Positions 20,930 through 28,870 of a stretch of DNA of 64,000 bases are shown here, piece by piece. Positions within the stretch are counted from its first letter, which is position 1; each line of letters opens with the position of its first letter. Origin of the DNA: Candidatus Binatia bacterium. Its GTDB lineage: Bacteria > Desulfobacterota > Binatia > UBA9968. The DNA lies in NCBI GenBank assembly GCA_036004365.1, contig DASYRN010000045.1, positions 7,637-71,636 on the forward strand, given 5' to 3'. The notes beneath the pieces were generated by a model, which saw only the letters and a program-made list of their open reading frames with translations, did not search any database and had not been told where the DNA came from. A program made the position numbers and the translations under genes.

Positions 20930-21190
20930 TTATTTTGATGCCTTCTCGAGTTCGGTTTCACCGGCAATGTAAAATTCACTCTCGCGAAGTTTGATCTGGT
21001 ACAAGGTTCTGCCTTTTCGATAAACATCATCGGACGCATGGGCGGGGAGTTGGCCCACAAACACACCGTCCTTGACCTCTCCCTTTAACGACGGATCATC
21101 CTTCCATCTGACAATGTCTCCTTTTTTAAAGGAAAAGAGAAAAGAAAAGGTCTCGTCAAGCCGCGGGTCGTCGATTTTTATAAAATCCAT
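20930..21190 (-). CDS. hypothetical small protein in an AT-rich spacer
   Basis: ORF MDFIKIDDPRLDETFSFL...; no Shine-Dalgarno sequence; the other frames are also open. Confidence 0.25.
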   Translation of the reverse strand: MDFIKIDDPRLDETFSFLFSFKKGDIVRWKDDPSLKGEVKDGVFVGQLPAHASDDVYRKGRTLYQIKLRESEFYIAGETELEKASK

Positions 21191-21509
21191 AACCGATATT
21201 GTGTGGGGTAAAAATTCCTTTGTCAAAGGGGATTCGCCTAGCAAGAACCGCGGAATCAGCCATTAACGATCGCGCTGAATACGGCTGACATTTGTTGAGA
21301 ATTCTTACGCATTGGCCAGAATTGTCATTTTGGACGATCTTCGTTCCATTTAAACCACTATGAGTGCGATTCTTAACTTCACCCAAAAGACCGCAAATCC
21401 TTTAAAAAACCGCGTCTTGTGTTGCTAAGCTAAAGATTGGCATGGATTGTGCTACATCTTTTCCGCTCTTGTGGGGGGTCGAAAGAGTAAAGCAGACCTC
21501 GAAATTTTA

Positions 21510-22118
21510 ATGGAAACAATCATCGCCTGCAAAACGTGCGGCCTGGTGCAGCGCATGGAGGAAGTCCAGTCGGACATAGCGGCGGAGTGTTGTCGCTGTG
21601 GGTCGATCATCGGCAAGCTCAACGTCAACAGCCTCGCACGCACGGCAGCGTTCTCGCTAGCCGCGCTGATTCTTTACGTACCGGCCAATATCTATCCGAT
21701 TCTCCATATGAATTATTACGGCGTGTATTCCGAAAGCACTGTTTGGGACGGCTGCGTGAAACTCTTTCGGGACGGCCAGTGGCTGGTGGCCGTGATCGTT
21801 TTTCTCGCCAGTATTTTGATTCCACTTTTAAAACTGCTCGGGCTTTTCTATTTGGTCGTCAGCGCGAAATTCAAATCCGCGCGTCAGCAGCAGGAACGGA
21901 CTTGGATTTACAAGACCATCGAAGTGATCGGTCCATGGGCAATGCTCGACGTCTTCCTCCTCGCGGTGCTCGTGGCGTTGGTCAAGCTGCAGCAGATCGC
22001 TACCGTCCTCCCTGGTCGGGGGCTCTTGGCGTTCACCGCCATGGTGGTGTTGACTATTTTGGCTTCGGCCAGTTTTGACCCGAGGTTGATTTGGAACGAA
22101 ACGGATGAAGAGTCATGA
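21510..22118 (+). CDS. PqiA-family (paraquat-inducible protein A) membrane protein, single-repeat form
   Basis: CxxC x12 CxxC zinc-ribbon N-terminus followed by the PqiA-type TM segment YPILHMNYYG; followed by an MCE gene. Confidence 0.75.
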   Translation: METIIACKTCGLVQRMEEVQSDIAAECCRCGSIIGKLNVNSLARTAAFSLAALILYVPANIYPILHMNYYGVYSESTVWDGCVKLFRDGQWLVAVIVFLASILIPLLKLLGLFYLVVSAKFKSARQQQERTWIYKTIEVIGPWAMLDVFLLAVLVALVKLQQIATVLPGRGLLAFTAMVVLTILASASFDPRLIWNETDEES

Positions 22119-23032
22119 GCGATTTGCAAAAAAATGCTGAAACCACCGAAGAGTTGCCCAAGGCAAAGGTCAAGATAAAGAGATGGAACTTTCCCGTCGT
22201 CTGGATTGTTCCCGTGATTGCCGCCATTGTTACAGGCTATCTTGTTTACGATCGCGTGCAGGAGTTTGGTCCGAAGATCACGATCAGGTTCAAGAACGGC
22301 AGCGGCCTTAAGATCGGCCAAACACCAATTAAGTATCGCGGCGTGCAGATTGGCGAAGTGACGGCGGTTGAATTGAGCGACGACCAGCAGAACGTGCTGG
22401 TGAAGGTACGACTGCGCCGCTCGGCGGCTTCCATTGCCCGGGAAGGAGCGGTTTTCTGGATCGTGCGTCCCGAAATGGGACTTTCAAACATCGCTGCCTT
22501 GGGGACGGTCATTACCGGACCGGAGATTGCGGTATTGCCGGGCACTGGCAAGGACCAAGCAGAATTTGTGGGTCTGGAGAGTTCGCCGGTGGTAGTAGAA
22601 GGTAATGAGCTGAAGATCGTTCTGGTCTCCGGCCGTGCCGGGTCATTGATAGCGAGTTCGCCGGTTTACTATCGGGGCGTCGAGGTAGGCACCATCCAAG
22701 ATATTCAGCTCAACAACGACGCCCGCACGGTGAACATCCACGTGTTCATCAAGCAGCGGTATGCGAACCTGGTCCGGAGCAGCTCGAAGTTTTGGAATGT
22801 AAGTGGCGTGGATGTGAGCATCGGCTTGTTCCGCGGCATGGAAATCAATATGGAATCGCTGAGATCGCTGGCGGTCGGGGGAATCGCCTTTGCCACCCCG
22901 AACGATCCAAAAGGCAAGCCGGCGAAGGACGGGATGGTATTTCCCCTTCACGACAAATCGAATAAGGAATGGTTGGAGTGGGCGCCGAAGATACCGATTC
23001 CACGGGAGAAACAGTTAGAGAAGTCGAGATAA
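22115..23032 (+). CDS. MCE-family (MlaD/PqiB-like) protein
   Basis: N-terminal TM anchor then MCE domain IRFKNGSGLKIGQTPIKYRGVQIGEV; overlaps the PqiA stop. Confidence 0.8.
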   Translation: MSDLQKNAETTEELPKAKVKIKRWNFPVVWIVPVIAAIVTGYLVYDRVQEFGPKITIRFKNGSGLKIGQTPIKYRGVQIGEVTAVELSDDQQNVLVKVRLRRSAASIAREGAVFWIVRPEMGLSNIAALGTVITGPEIAVLPGTGKDQAEFVGLESSPVVVEGNELKIVLVSGRAGSLIASSPVYYRGVEVGTIQDIQLNNDARTVNIHVFIKQRYANLVRSSSKFWNVSGVDVSIGLFRGMEINMESLRSLAVGGIAFATPNDPKGKPAKDGMVFPLHDKSNKEWLEWAPKIPIPREKQLEKSR

Positions 23033-23352
23033 GTTCGATTAGCGGCGGATCTGTGTCCAGCCTGATAGGACCTATTTCCCCTTGCGGTAACACAACACGC
23101 ACCGATTTTTTGCAGTCCTAATTCCTTGCACCTGGGTGAATATTACCCTTCTTGACAGCTTGATCTCTCTCAAATATCGTCAAGCTATCATTCTTCAAGA
23201 TTAGTATTCGGTGGTATGAGTGACGGCCGAATTTTTTTTGCTTTAGGACTGCATCGTAGGTGGTCAGTGGAAATTTCCGCGGATAGAAACGGCCGAAAAC
23301 AAAAAATGAGCAGAACAACGGAATCCACATTGAATTAGTTGAGGAGGTAAAA

Positions 23353-23604
23353 ATGCCACTTTTTATGGACATCCACAGGAAAGCAGACGGAATAACGTCC
23401 CAAGCGCTCGCCGAGGCACACCGTAAGGATCTTGCCGTGCAGGGAAAGCACGGCGTCAAGTTCGTCAACTACTGGTACAATGAAGGCGAGGGCGCGATTT
23501 TTTGTTTGTGCGAAGCTCCAAGTAAAGAGGCGGCTGAAGCGGTACATCGCGAGGCTCACGGTGAGTTAGCAGACGAAATCATCGAGGTTAAAGAGGGGTC
23601 GTAG
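23353..23604 (+). CDS. DUF4242 domain protein (SCO4226-like nickel-binding family)
   Basis: MPLFMDIHR...GVKFVNYWYNEGEGAIFCLCEAPS...HREAHGELADEI matches DUF4242; GAGGAGG Shine-Dalgarno sequence. Confidence 0.7.
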   Translation: MPLFMDIHRKADGITSQALAEAHRKDLAVQGKHGVKFVNYWYNEGEGAIFCLCEAPSKEAAEAVHREAHGELADEIIEVKEGS

Positions 23605-23791
23605 CAAGCTGAGGGAGCCATGAAACGATCCGCAGGTTCTTCGATCACCCACAGAAAAGCGGTCAGCCCTTGAAAACATGAATTCTGCTTTGCTGAGGCT
23701 GCGCTGGCACGAGGCCGGTTGATCGAGTATCCGAGCATCCTGAATCGATTCCGGGTTTCCGAAGCCCTTCCCTGTTTCACCGCCGTTCAAC

Positions 23792-24025
23792 ATGACCCTT
23801 TGCAATCACACAACGCTCGAACTGTTACCTGAAAAGAAAAAAAGAGTGCGGTGCCGGCACTGCCACCTGATCCTAGACGGCGAGGAGCTGGGAGATGGCT
23901 ATTGCCCGGAATGTTTTGAGACGTCCGGCAAGAAGCAATATGACTTCGAGGATATGGAACCCGAAAGGGGAGGGGTCGCCCGCTACAGATGCGAAGAGTG
24001 CGGTGCCATCGTTGAAAGCGCGTAG
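23792..24025 (+). CDS. small zinc-ribbon protein (three CxxC pairs)
   Basis: CRHC ... CPEC ... CEEC pairs; no Shine-Dalgarno sequence. Confidence 0.4.
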   Translation: MTLCNHTTLELLPEKKKRVRCRHCHLILDGEELGDGYCPECFETSGKKQYDFEDMEPERGGVARYRCEECGAIVESA

Positions 24026-24133
24026 TAAACTACTTGGCGCTACTGTGCCATTGAGTTTGTCTCGGACAAACTGTGATCAGGAGGACGGGTTCACAGATCA
24101 GTCAGGCAGCAAAAACCGCATGGCGAACAAGGA

Positions 24134-24295
24134 TCAGTAGCTTTCCACCGGTGATTGGGGGCGGATCTCTCCTGTGATCGGATCTTCACCCTCAACAGGT
24201 GGCCCGCCTCGCTTTTTCTCTGCCTTGCGCTGCTGGCGGCGAGCGACCTTTTCTATTTGCTTCTGCCGGCGCGCCATCTCCTTCTGGCGTTTCAT
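24134..24295 (-). CDS. possible small basic K/R/Q/E-rich protein (53 aa)
   Basis: MKRQKEMARRQKQIEKVARRQQRKAEKKRGG...; weak Shine-Dalgarno sequence; may be a composition artefact of the pyrimidine-rich plus strand. Confidence 0.2.
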   Translation of the reverse strand: MKRQKEMARRQKQIEKVARRQQRKAEKKRGGPPVEGEDPITGEIRPQSPVESY

Positions 24296-24382
24296 GTAAG
24301 TTTGATTTCCCATACGGATAGATTAACACATACCAAAGGCAACAGGAACCGCCTCTTCAAAGAAAGCCGCGTTAAAGTATAA

Positions 24383-24409
24383 AGGGGCGTACTGATCTAC
24401 GCCCCTTTT
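24383..24409. terminator. rho-independent terminator hairpin, bidirectional
   Basis: GGGGCGTA-CTGATC-TACGCCCC followed by TTTTT on the plus strand and TTTATACTTT on the minus strand; about 23 nt after the stop of the RRM gene. Confidence 0.6.
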
Positions 24410-24431
24410 TGCTTAGATTCTACAAGATAGG

Positions 24432-24746
24432 CTACCAGCGGTCGCGCCTGCCACCTCCACCGCCACCCCTTCTATCCCCACCGAACCCTGACCGCTTCTC
24501 CTGAGGCCGCGCCTCATTGACAGTGAGATTGCGCCCGTCGAACTCGGTTCCGTTCAGAGCCTGGATCGCTTTCTGGGCCTCCGCGCCGGAGCTCATCTCG
24601 ACAAAACCAAAGCCCTTGGACCGGCCGGTGAATTTGTCGGTGATCACCCGGGCGGATTCGACGGTGCCGTGCGCCGAGAATAGTTCCTCGAGCTGCTTGT
24701 CGGTGGTCGCGTAGGACAATCCACCTACGTAGACTTTATTCGTCAT
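24432..24746 (-). CDS. RRM-type RNA-binding protein with glycine/arginine-rich tail (cold-shock Rbp-like)
   Basis: RNP2 VYVGGL and RNP1 KGFGFVEM motifs; C-terminal GGDRRGGGGGGRRD; AAGGAGGAGA Shine-Dalgarno sequence. Confidence 0.85.
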   Translation of the reverse strand: MTNKVYVGGLSYATTDKQLEELFSAHGTVESARVITDKFTGRSKGFGFVEMSSGAEAQKAIQALNGTEFDGRNLTVNEARPQEKRSGFGGDRRGGGGGGRRDRW

Positions 24747-25306
24747 GTTCTCCTCCTTTAGAAAAATGTTAGTGTCTTTCACCCTGGAATCTGATTACCG
24801 CGGGAGCAGAACATGGGGTTGGAACCCAGCGCTGGCCGGATTATCCTCCAAGGTAATACTTCGCAAGGAAAGACTCCCCCCGAGCCTTAAACTTTTATCT
24901 GTCTCACTTTCAGAAGGCCCCATACTGAAGTGACTTTAGCTTGTCTTGTTTGCCCTCTCGGTGCAACGGAGCCGGGCGCGTCCTTTATCGTGCAGACGAC
25001 GGCTCGACACGAGCCCAAGTCACTATCATTCTAGGGTCGTCCGACGCAAGAGGTAGGCGGCGCGCAAGAAAACGTTGGAACAGAATGCGCAAAGAGGCCA
25101 AGAGCTTTTTGAGCGATATAAAGGGGTGTAGGAAGCCTCCGATAGTGCCTATTAATGTCGTGTTAATGGAAGGGGAGGTTGGGTCCTCCAGGAACCAAGC
25201 ATGCTTTATGAAACGCGATCGTATCCTTTCGATGGTGGTCTCTGGGTCCGACCAGCACCTAAGGCGCATCGACTCCGGAAGAATTATTTTAACCAACCGG
25301 CGACCG

Positions 25307-25320
25307 TTTGAGAATTCTCA
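25307..25320. promoter_or_regulatory. perfect palindrome TTGAGAATTCTCAA (F4 copy 1) inside a ~30-nt conserved element
   Basis: CGACCGTTTGAGAATTCTCAAGAAGGTCAAAA; compare 28626, 30677 and 36154. Confidence 0.4.
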
Positions 25321-25577
25321 AGAAGGTCAAAATGAACAAACGCGTCAAAGATGACGTTTTTGCAATTGCGAGAGTACGAAAATGTGGTTTGAAGCCTGTC
25401 TAGCGGATCTTCTTTTATAAACGCAGTGGATGTCTGTCAAGTAGGAAAAAGGAAAAAAGGGGAGGATTTCCGAAATATCCAAAAAGCCGCGATCGTGGTC
25501 GTGAAATGTGATCAGGCAGCAGGCCGCGTTGGCGGAATAGCAAGGCAACCGATTTAATCGAGGTTTAAAAAAAAAGC

Positions 25578-25605
25578 TTGACAGCCCGCGCGACCGCGAT
25601 ATACC
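25578..25605 (+). promoter_or_regulatory. near-consensus sigma70 promoter producing a leaderless XRE mRNA
   Basis: TTGACA (25578-25583), 16-nt spacer, TATACC; predicted transcription start 1-3 nt before the ATG at 25614. Confidence 0.5.
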
Positions 25606-25613
25606 TAGGTCCC

Positions 25614-25901
25614 ATGACCGGCATGGAACTCATAAAGCTCAGAAAGCGACTGTCTATGACGCAAACCAGTCTCGCCCGCGCCGTCGGAATGAAGAGAAAA
25701 TCGGTCATTCTCATGGAGCGGGGAGAGGAGCCCATCTTAAGGACCACCGAGCTGTCGGTGAGGCTGCTGCTGCTGAAGAAGCAAGCTGCGAGGTTCGTAT
25801 TGCGGATAAAAGGGAGAAGACGCTATAGGCCCCGGCCGCGGCAAAACGGAGCTTCACTGTCAGAAATCTTGTCGCATCTTTCTACAGATAGACGGGAATA
25901 A
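25614..25901 (+). CDS. XRE-family helix-turn-helix transcriptional regulator (leaderless)
   Basis: LRKRLSMTQTSLARAVGMKRKSV HTH_3-type helix; basic C-terminal tail; no Shine-Dalgarno sequence. Confidence 0.6.
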   Translation: MTGMELIKLRKRLSMTQTSLARAVGMKRKSVILMERGEEPILRTTELSVRLLLLKKQAARFVLRIKGRRRYRPRPRQNGASLSEILSHLSTDRRE

Positions 25902-25989
25902 TCCTGACTGGCTTGAGGAGAAAAAAAAGAGACAGGCCATTTTTTCGTTGAAAACGGAAAGCTGACAACGGAAAAAGCTGCCAGCGTTT

Positions 25990-26229
25990 TCATTCCTTTC
26001 GGGCCTTTTCTCCACTTTCCCGTATTCTCTTACCGGCCTCTTTCATTGCCTCGCCGGCTTTTTCCATCGCTTGACCCGTTTGTTCCTTGGCCTTCTCCAT
26101 TGCTTGATCGACAGCCTTGCCCGTTTTTTCCATAGCACCTTTATCGTCTTCGGATTTTGAGCAGGAGCCCAAGGCAAGCGCAGACAGTCCGACGAGCAAT
26201 GCCAGGCACACGTTTTTGATCAGCTTCAT
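25990..26229 (-). CDS. small lipoprotein with AMEKAxE repeats
   Basis: MKLIKNVCLALLVGLSALALGSC lipobox-like signal; repeats KAVDQAMEKAKEQTGQAMEKAGEAMKEAG; GAGGAGGG Shine-Dalgarno sequence. Confidence 0.6.
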   Translation of the reverse strand: MKLIKNVCLALLVGLSALALGSCSKSEDDKGAMEKTGKAVDQAMEKAKEQTGQAMEKAGEAMKEAGKRIRESGEKARKE

Positions 26230-26384
26230 TTGTCGGTTACCCTCCTCGTCCAAGTCTTAGTCTAATCCCTATAATAAAAACTCTTGGCACACAAGAAAGG
26301 TTTCTTGACAATCTGGAAGGTTGCGGAATGGGTTGGTTCTCTTAATGTCACAGGGGTTAAAATCCCGTCGGGATGCCACTGGCA

Positions 26385-26666
26385 TCAGTCGGATGCCTTT
26401 GGTTTCGGCGGCCCCGGATATCGGGTAGCAGCCTGGTTTGAAAAGCCATCTAATGCGGCGAGTTGACGCGCGAGGTCGAAGATGGTGTTCTCGATGGCCA
26501 TCCTGGAGGCCTCAATCTCATCGAGCGTTGATCGCGCTATCCCTACCGCTTCCACGAGCTTTACTCCCTCGGGCCGCCTTGCCAGTATCGTGAGACGGTA
26601 ATCGGCCTGGAAAACGCGCCAGTTGAGATAGACGCTTCGCACCTCAGCCTGTAGGTCTGAGGACAT
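26385..26666 (-). CDS. hypothetical protein; possibly the 3' part of a disrupted gene whose signal-peptide start lies at 26916
   Basis: The 93-aa ORF's frame is open back to 26804 without a start codon. A signal-peptide ORF MSKTSLFTLFFLSLGLGA (26916..26860) sits in a second frame and a read-through ORF (26561..27004) in the third. Confidence 0.3.
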   Translation of the reverse strand: MSSDLQAEVRSVYLNWRVFQADYRLTILARRPEGVKLVEAVGIARSTLDEIEASRMAIENTIFDLARQLAALDGFSNQAATRYPGPPKPKASD

Positions 26667-27091
26667 ATACCGGATCGAAACGGGAGCAGCGGGATCGTCC
26701 TCCAGGACGTAGAAAAGCGCCCGGCCGACGTGGTACTCCCCCCACTTAACTCCGGAGTATCGACACTTCCCACAGCTCGGCGAGAGCCGGATCGACCTGC
26801 ACCTTTACCCTTCGCTCTGGCGGAAGCTGGTAGCGCTGGTCGAAGAGGACCGTTTGGCCTCAGGCGCCAAGCCCGAGCGAAAGGAAAAACAAAGTGAAAA
26901 GGGAGGTCTTGCTCATGAGACGATCTGCAATTTCTTAGCATCTCTCCTAAAAGAGTAAAAGCCCCCGCAAGATAAAGGATGAAGGATAAGGGAAAGATGC
27001 TCATAAGACAGCGGACTTTCGGGGCCGTTCAAAGAATTTTGCTGGTGGCCACATCGAAGCTGTGCTATGTTGGTATGAAATTTTGAGAGCG

Positions 27092-27793
27092 ATGCGAAAG
27101 ACAGGTTTTGCTGCGCGAGATTTTCTCTTCTCGTGCCGATTGATTGTTTTCTGCTTATTTTCTCTATCTTGCTCTATACCCCCGAAGATTCCCACAGTTG
27201 CCGATGAGCGGCTCGAGGCCATGGTTAGAAATGAGGCCTCCGAGATCATAGAAGTGACCCCGGATAAAGAGGAGCTTTCTCGGTATCAGATTTTTCTGTC
27301 AGCCTTTCCCCGGAAGGATATATTAGGAGTGAGTGTCGGGAACCGTCGTATTTATATCAGTTATGAGCTGGTACAACTCGCGTTCAACAGTCCCCGCTAT
27401 CGTTGGCTGCTGAGGCAGACCTTGGCCCACGAGATTGCGCATGAAATAGCGGGGCATGCGAAAGATAGGCGAGTTGTCTCCTACAGTCCTTTTACGTTCG
27501 GCCGCGGCGTGACAGGCGGAGATATCGGCCTTCCGTCGAGCGTGCGATTCCATCATTATTCGGCGGAAAAAGAACTGGAGGCGGATTTAAACGGAATGAA
27601 GTACTGGAGAAAGCTTCAGTGGGACTGCCGGATCTGGGTGCGCATCTTGAGGCAATATTTTCAGATCAACTACACGGGCGATATTTTTCATCCGACAGAC
27701 GAGCGCCTAAGACAAGCATTGAGCGTGTGCCTTCCAGAGTCAGATCCGGAGCGGATCGCTATAGAGAAGAGACTCGAGGCAGTGAGGAGGTAG
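27092..27793 (+). CDS. putative zinc metallopeptidase (HExxH, M48-like), membrane-anchored or lipoprotein
   Basis: LAHEIAHEIAGH HExxH motif; N-terminal hydrophobic LIVFCLFSLSCS. Confidence 0.5.
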   Translation: MRKTGFAARDFLFSCRLIVFCLFSLSCSIPPKIPTVADERLEAMVRNEASEIIEVTPDKEELSRYQIFLSAFPRKDILGVSVGNRRIYISYELVQLAFNSPRYRWLLRQTLAHEIAHEIAGHAKDRRVVSYSPFTFGRGVTGGDIGLPSSVRFHHYSAEKELEADLNGMKYWRKLQWDCRIWVRILRQYFQINYTGDIFHPTDERLRQALSVCLPESDPERIAIEKRLEAVRR

Positions 27794-27825
27794 GCAGGCC
27801 GATCTAAGAAAGGTACAAAGGCCCG

Positions 27826-27926
27826 TGCTCGTGATCGTGAAACGTCATCGTGACTAAAGACAAGGATGAAGTATAAGGGATGGAAGCAGAAAAAGAAGTG
27901 GACGTGATCGCGACTCGTGTGCGTGG
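27826..27926. repeat. composite repeat: heptad F2 - purine F1 - heptad F2
   Basis: CGTGATCGTGAAACGTCATCGTGAC ... GGATGAAGTATAAGGGATGGAAG ... GACGTGATCGCGACTCGTGTGCGTGG, between convergent genes. Confidence 0.45.
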
Positions 27927-27952
27927 AAACTTAGCAGACGCCTTGTGTGAGA

Positions 27953-28348
27953 TTATTGCTCTAAATCGGAAGCTCTCACCCAGCCGACAGCACCCGTCGA
28001 ACTCTTAACCATATACCACAGTCCGCTGCTACCAGCCGCCTTAGCCATTACTGTAAGCGTGTCTCCTCGCTCCAGTTTAGCGACGAGCGGTGAATACTCG
28101 TCCTGGCGGGCGTAGAGATGGACCTCGCTCTGCTTGACCGCGAGGAGAGCGGAGACCGGCGCCTGTGATCCTGCCGGAGCGTTGACGGAGTGTCTGTTTG
28201 CAGCAGGACTCCTCGTGTTTACCCCACGGCGGCTCTCCTTTAGAGCTCCGGTTTGTTTTCCGTATTCGAAGATGGCTTGAGCATCGCTTCTCTCGGCCAT
28301 AACCATGAAGAGCATGGGCACCCAAACCACGGCTAGCACGTGCTTCAT
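27953..28348 (-). CDS. secreted SH3b-domain protein
   Basis: Signal peptide; C-terminal GDTLTVM...GLWYMVKSSTGAVGWVRASDL bacterial SH3 pattern. Confidence 0.6.
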   Translation of the reverse strand: MKHVLAVVWVPMLFMVMAERSDAQAIFEYGKQTGALKESRRGVNTRSPAANRHSVNAPAGSQAPVSALLAVKQSEVHLYARQDEYSPLVAKLERGDTLTVMAKAAGSSGLWYMVKSSTGAVGWVRASDLEQ

Positions 28349-28408
28349 AGCCTCCCAATTATAGTCGCGAGAGAAGGTCGCCGCAATTCAGTGAGCGGCA
28401 CGGACAAG

Positions 28409-28510
28409 AGATGAGGGATGAATGATAAAAGATAACGGATGAAGGATCGAAGCGGAAAGAGGAAAAGAGAAAGAGAAAAAAGACCTGATCGGATTCGTGC
28501 TCGTCATCGT
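28409..28510. repeat. long purine-rich F1 tract plus an F2 unit in a 520-nt divergent control region
   Basis: GAGATGAGGGATGAATGATAAAAGATAACGGATGAAGGATCGAAGCGGAAAGAGGAAAAGAGAAAGAG ... TTCGTGCTCGTCATCGT. Confidence 0.45.
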
Positions 28511-28625
28511 AAAGGAACAGCCTTGACACGTTTTCGGCCTTCGAATAGGTTAGTTTTGGCCAAGTCGTTGATCCTCAAGAGACGTGCACGTGTTCGAGAT
28601 TCGTGTTCGTGTAAACTTGCACGTT

Positions 28626-28639
28626 TTGAGAATTCTCAA
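28626..28639. promoter_or_regulatory. perfect palindrome TTGAGAATTCTCAA (F4 copy 2) flanked by CGTGTTCG / CGTGATCG heptads
   Basis: CGTGTTCGAGATTCGTGTTCGTG...GCACGTTTTGAGAATTCTCAAAGC...CCACGATCGTCTTCGTGGAACGTGATCGTGAAC, upstream of the S1/P1 nuclease gene. Confidence 0.45.
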
Positions 28640-28870
28640 AGCTTCGAAAAGCGCCACGATCGTCTTCGTGGAACGTGATCGTGAACAAGAACTGATGCTG
28701 TTATCACTTTTACGATTGCGCAAGTGCGCAAATGAGAAAATGTCCCAAGGCGCGAGCCTTGAGGTATGAGGACAAAAGGTGAGGATGATTCAGGAGGAAC
28801 GATAGCGGAACAAGGGAAAACGGCGGGGAGAAGAGGCTGGAGAGACCGGATAATTTTTTCTACGAGGAAG

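Noticed and set aside
24941-25354. 137-aa plus-strand ORF (TTG start) and overlapping 103-aa minus ORF 24985..25296
   Set aside because: Arg/Ser-rich junk-like composition; no RBS, no motifs; both frames open in the same place, typical of non-coding GC-rich DNA. Treated as UTR/non-coding (see finding).
24783-25577. Searched for RNase P RNA, tmRNA, SRP RNA and 6S RNA hallmarks in the non-coding stretch
   Set aside because: No GGAAAGUCCGGGCU-type P4 motif, no tRNA-like GGTTCGAxTCC/CCA end, and no AGGUCCGGAAGGAAGCAGC SRP motif on either strand.
26561-27004. 147-aa minus read-through ORF spanning the broken-gene region
   Set aside because: Arg/Ser/Pro/Gly-rich composition and no start context; likely a frame artefact. 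Kept only as evidence for the frameshift finding.
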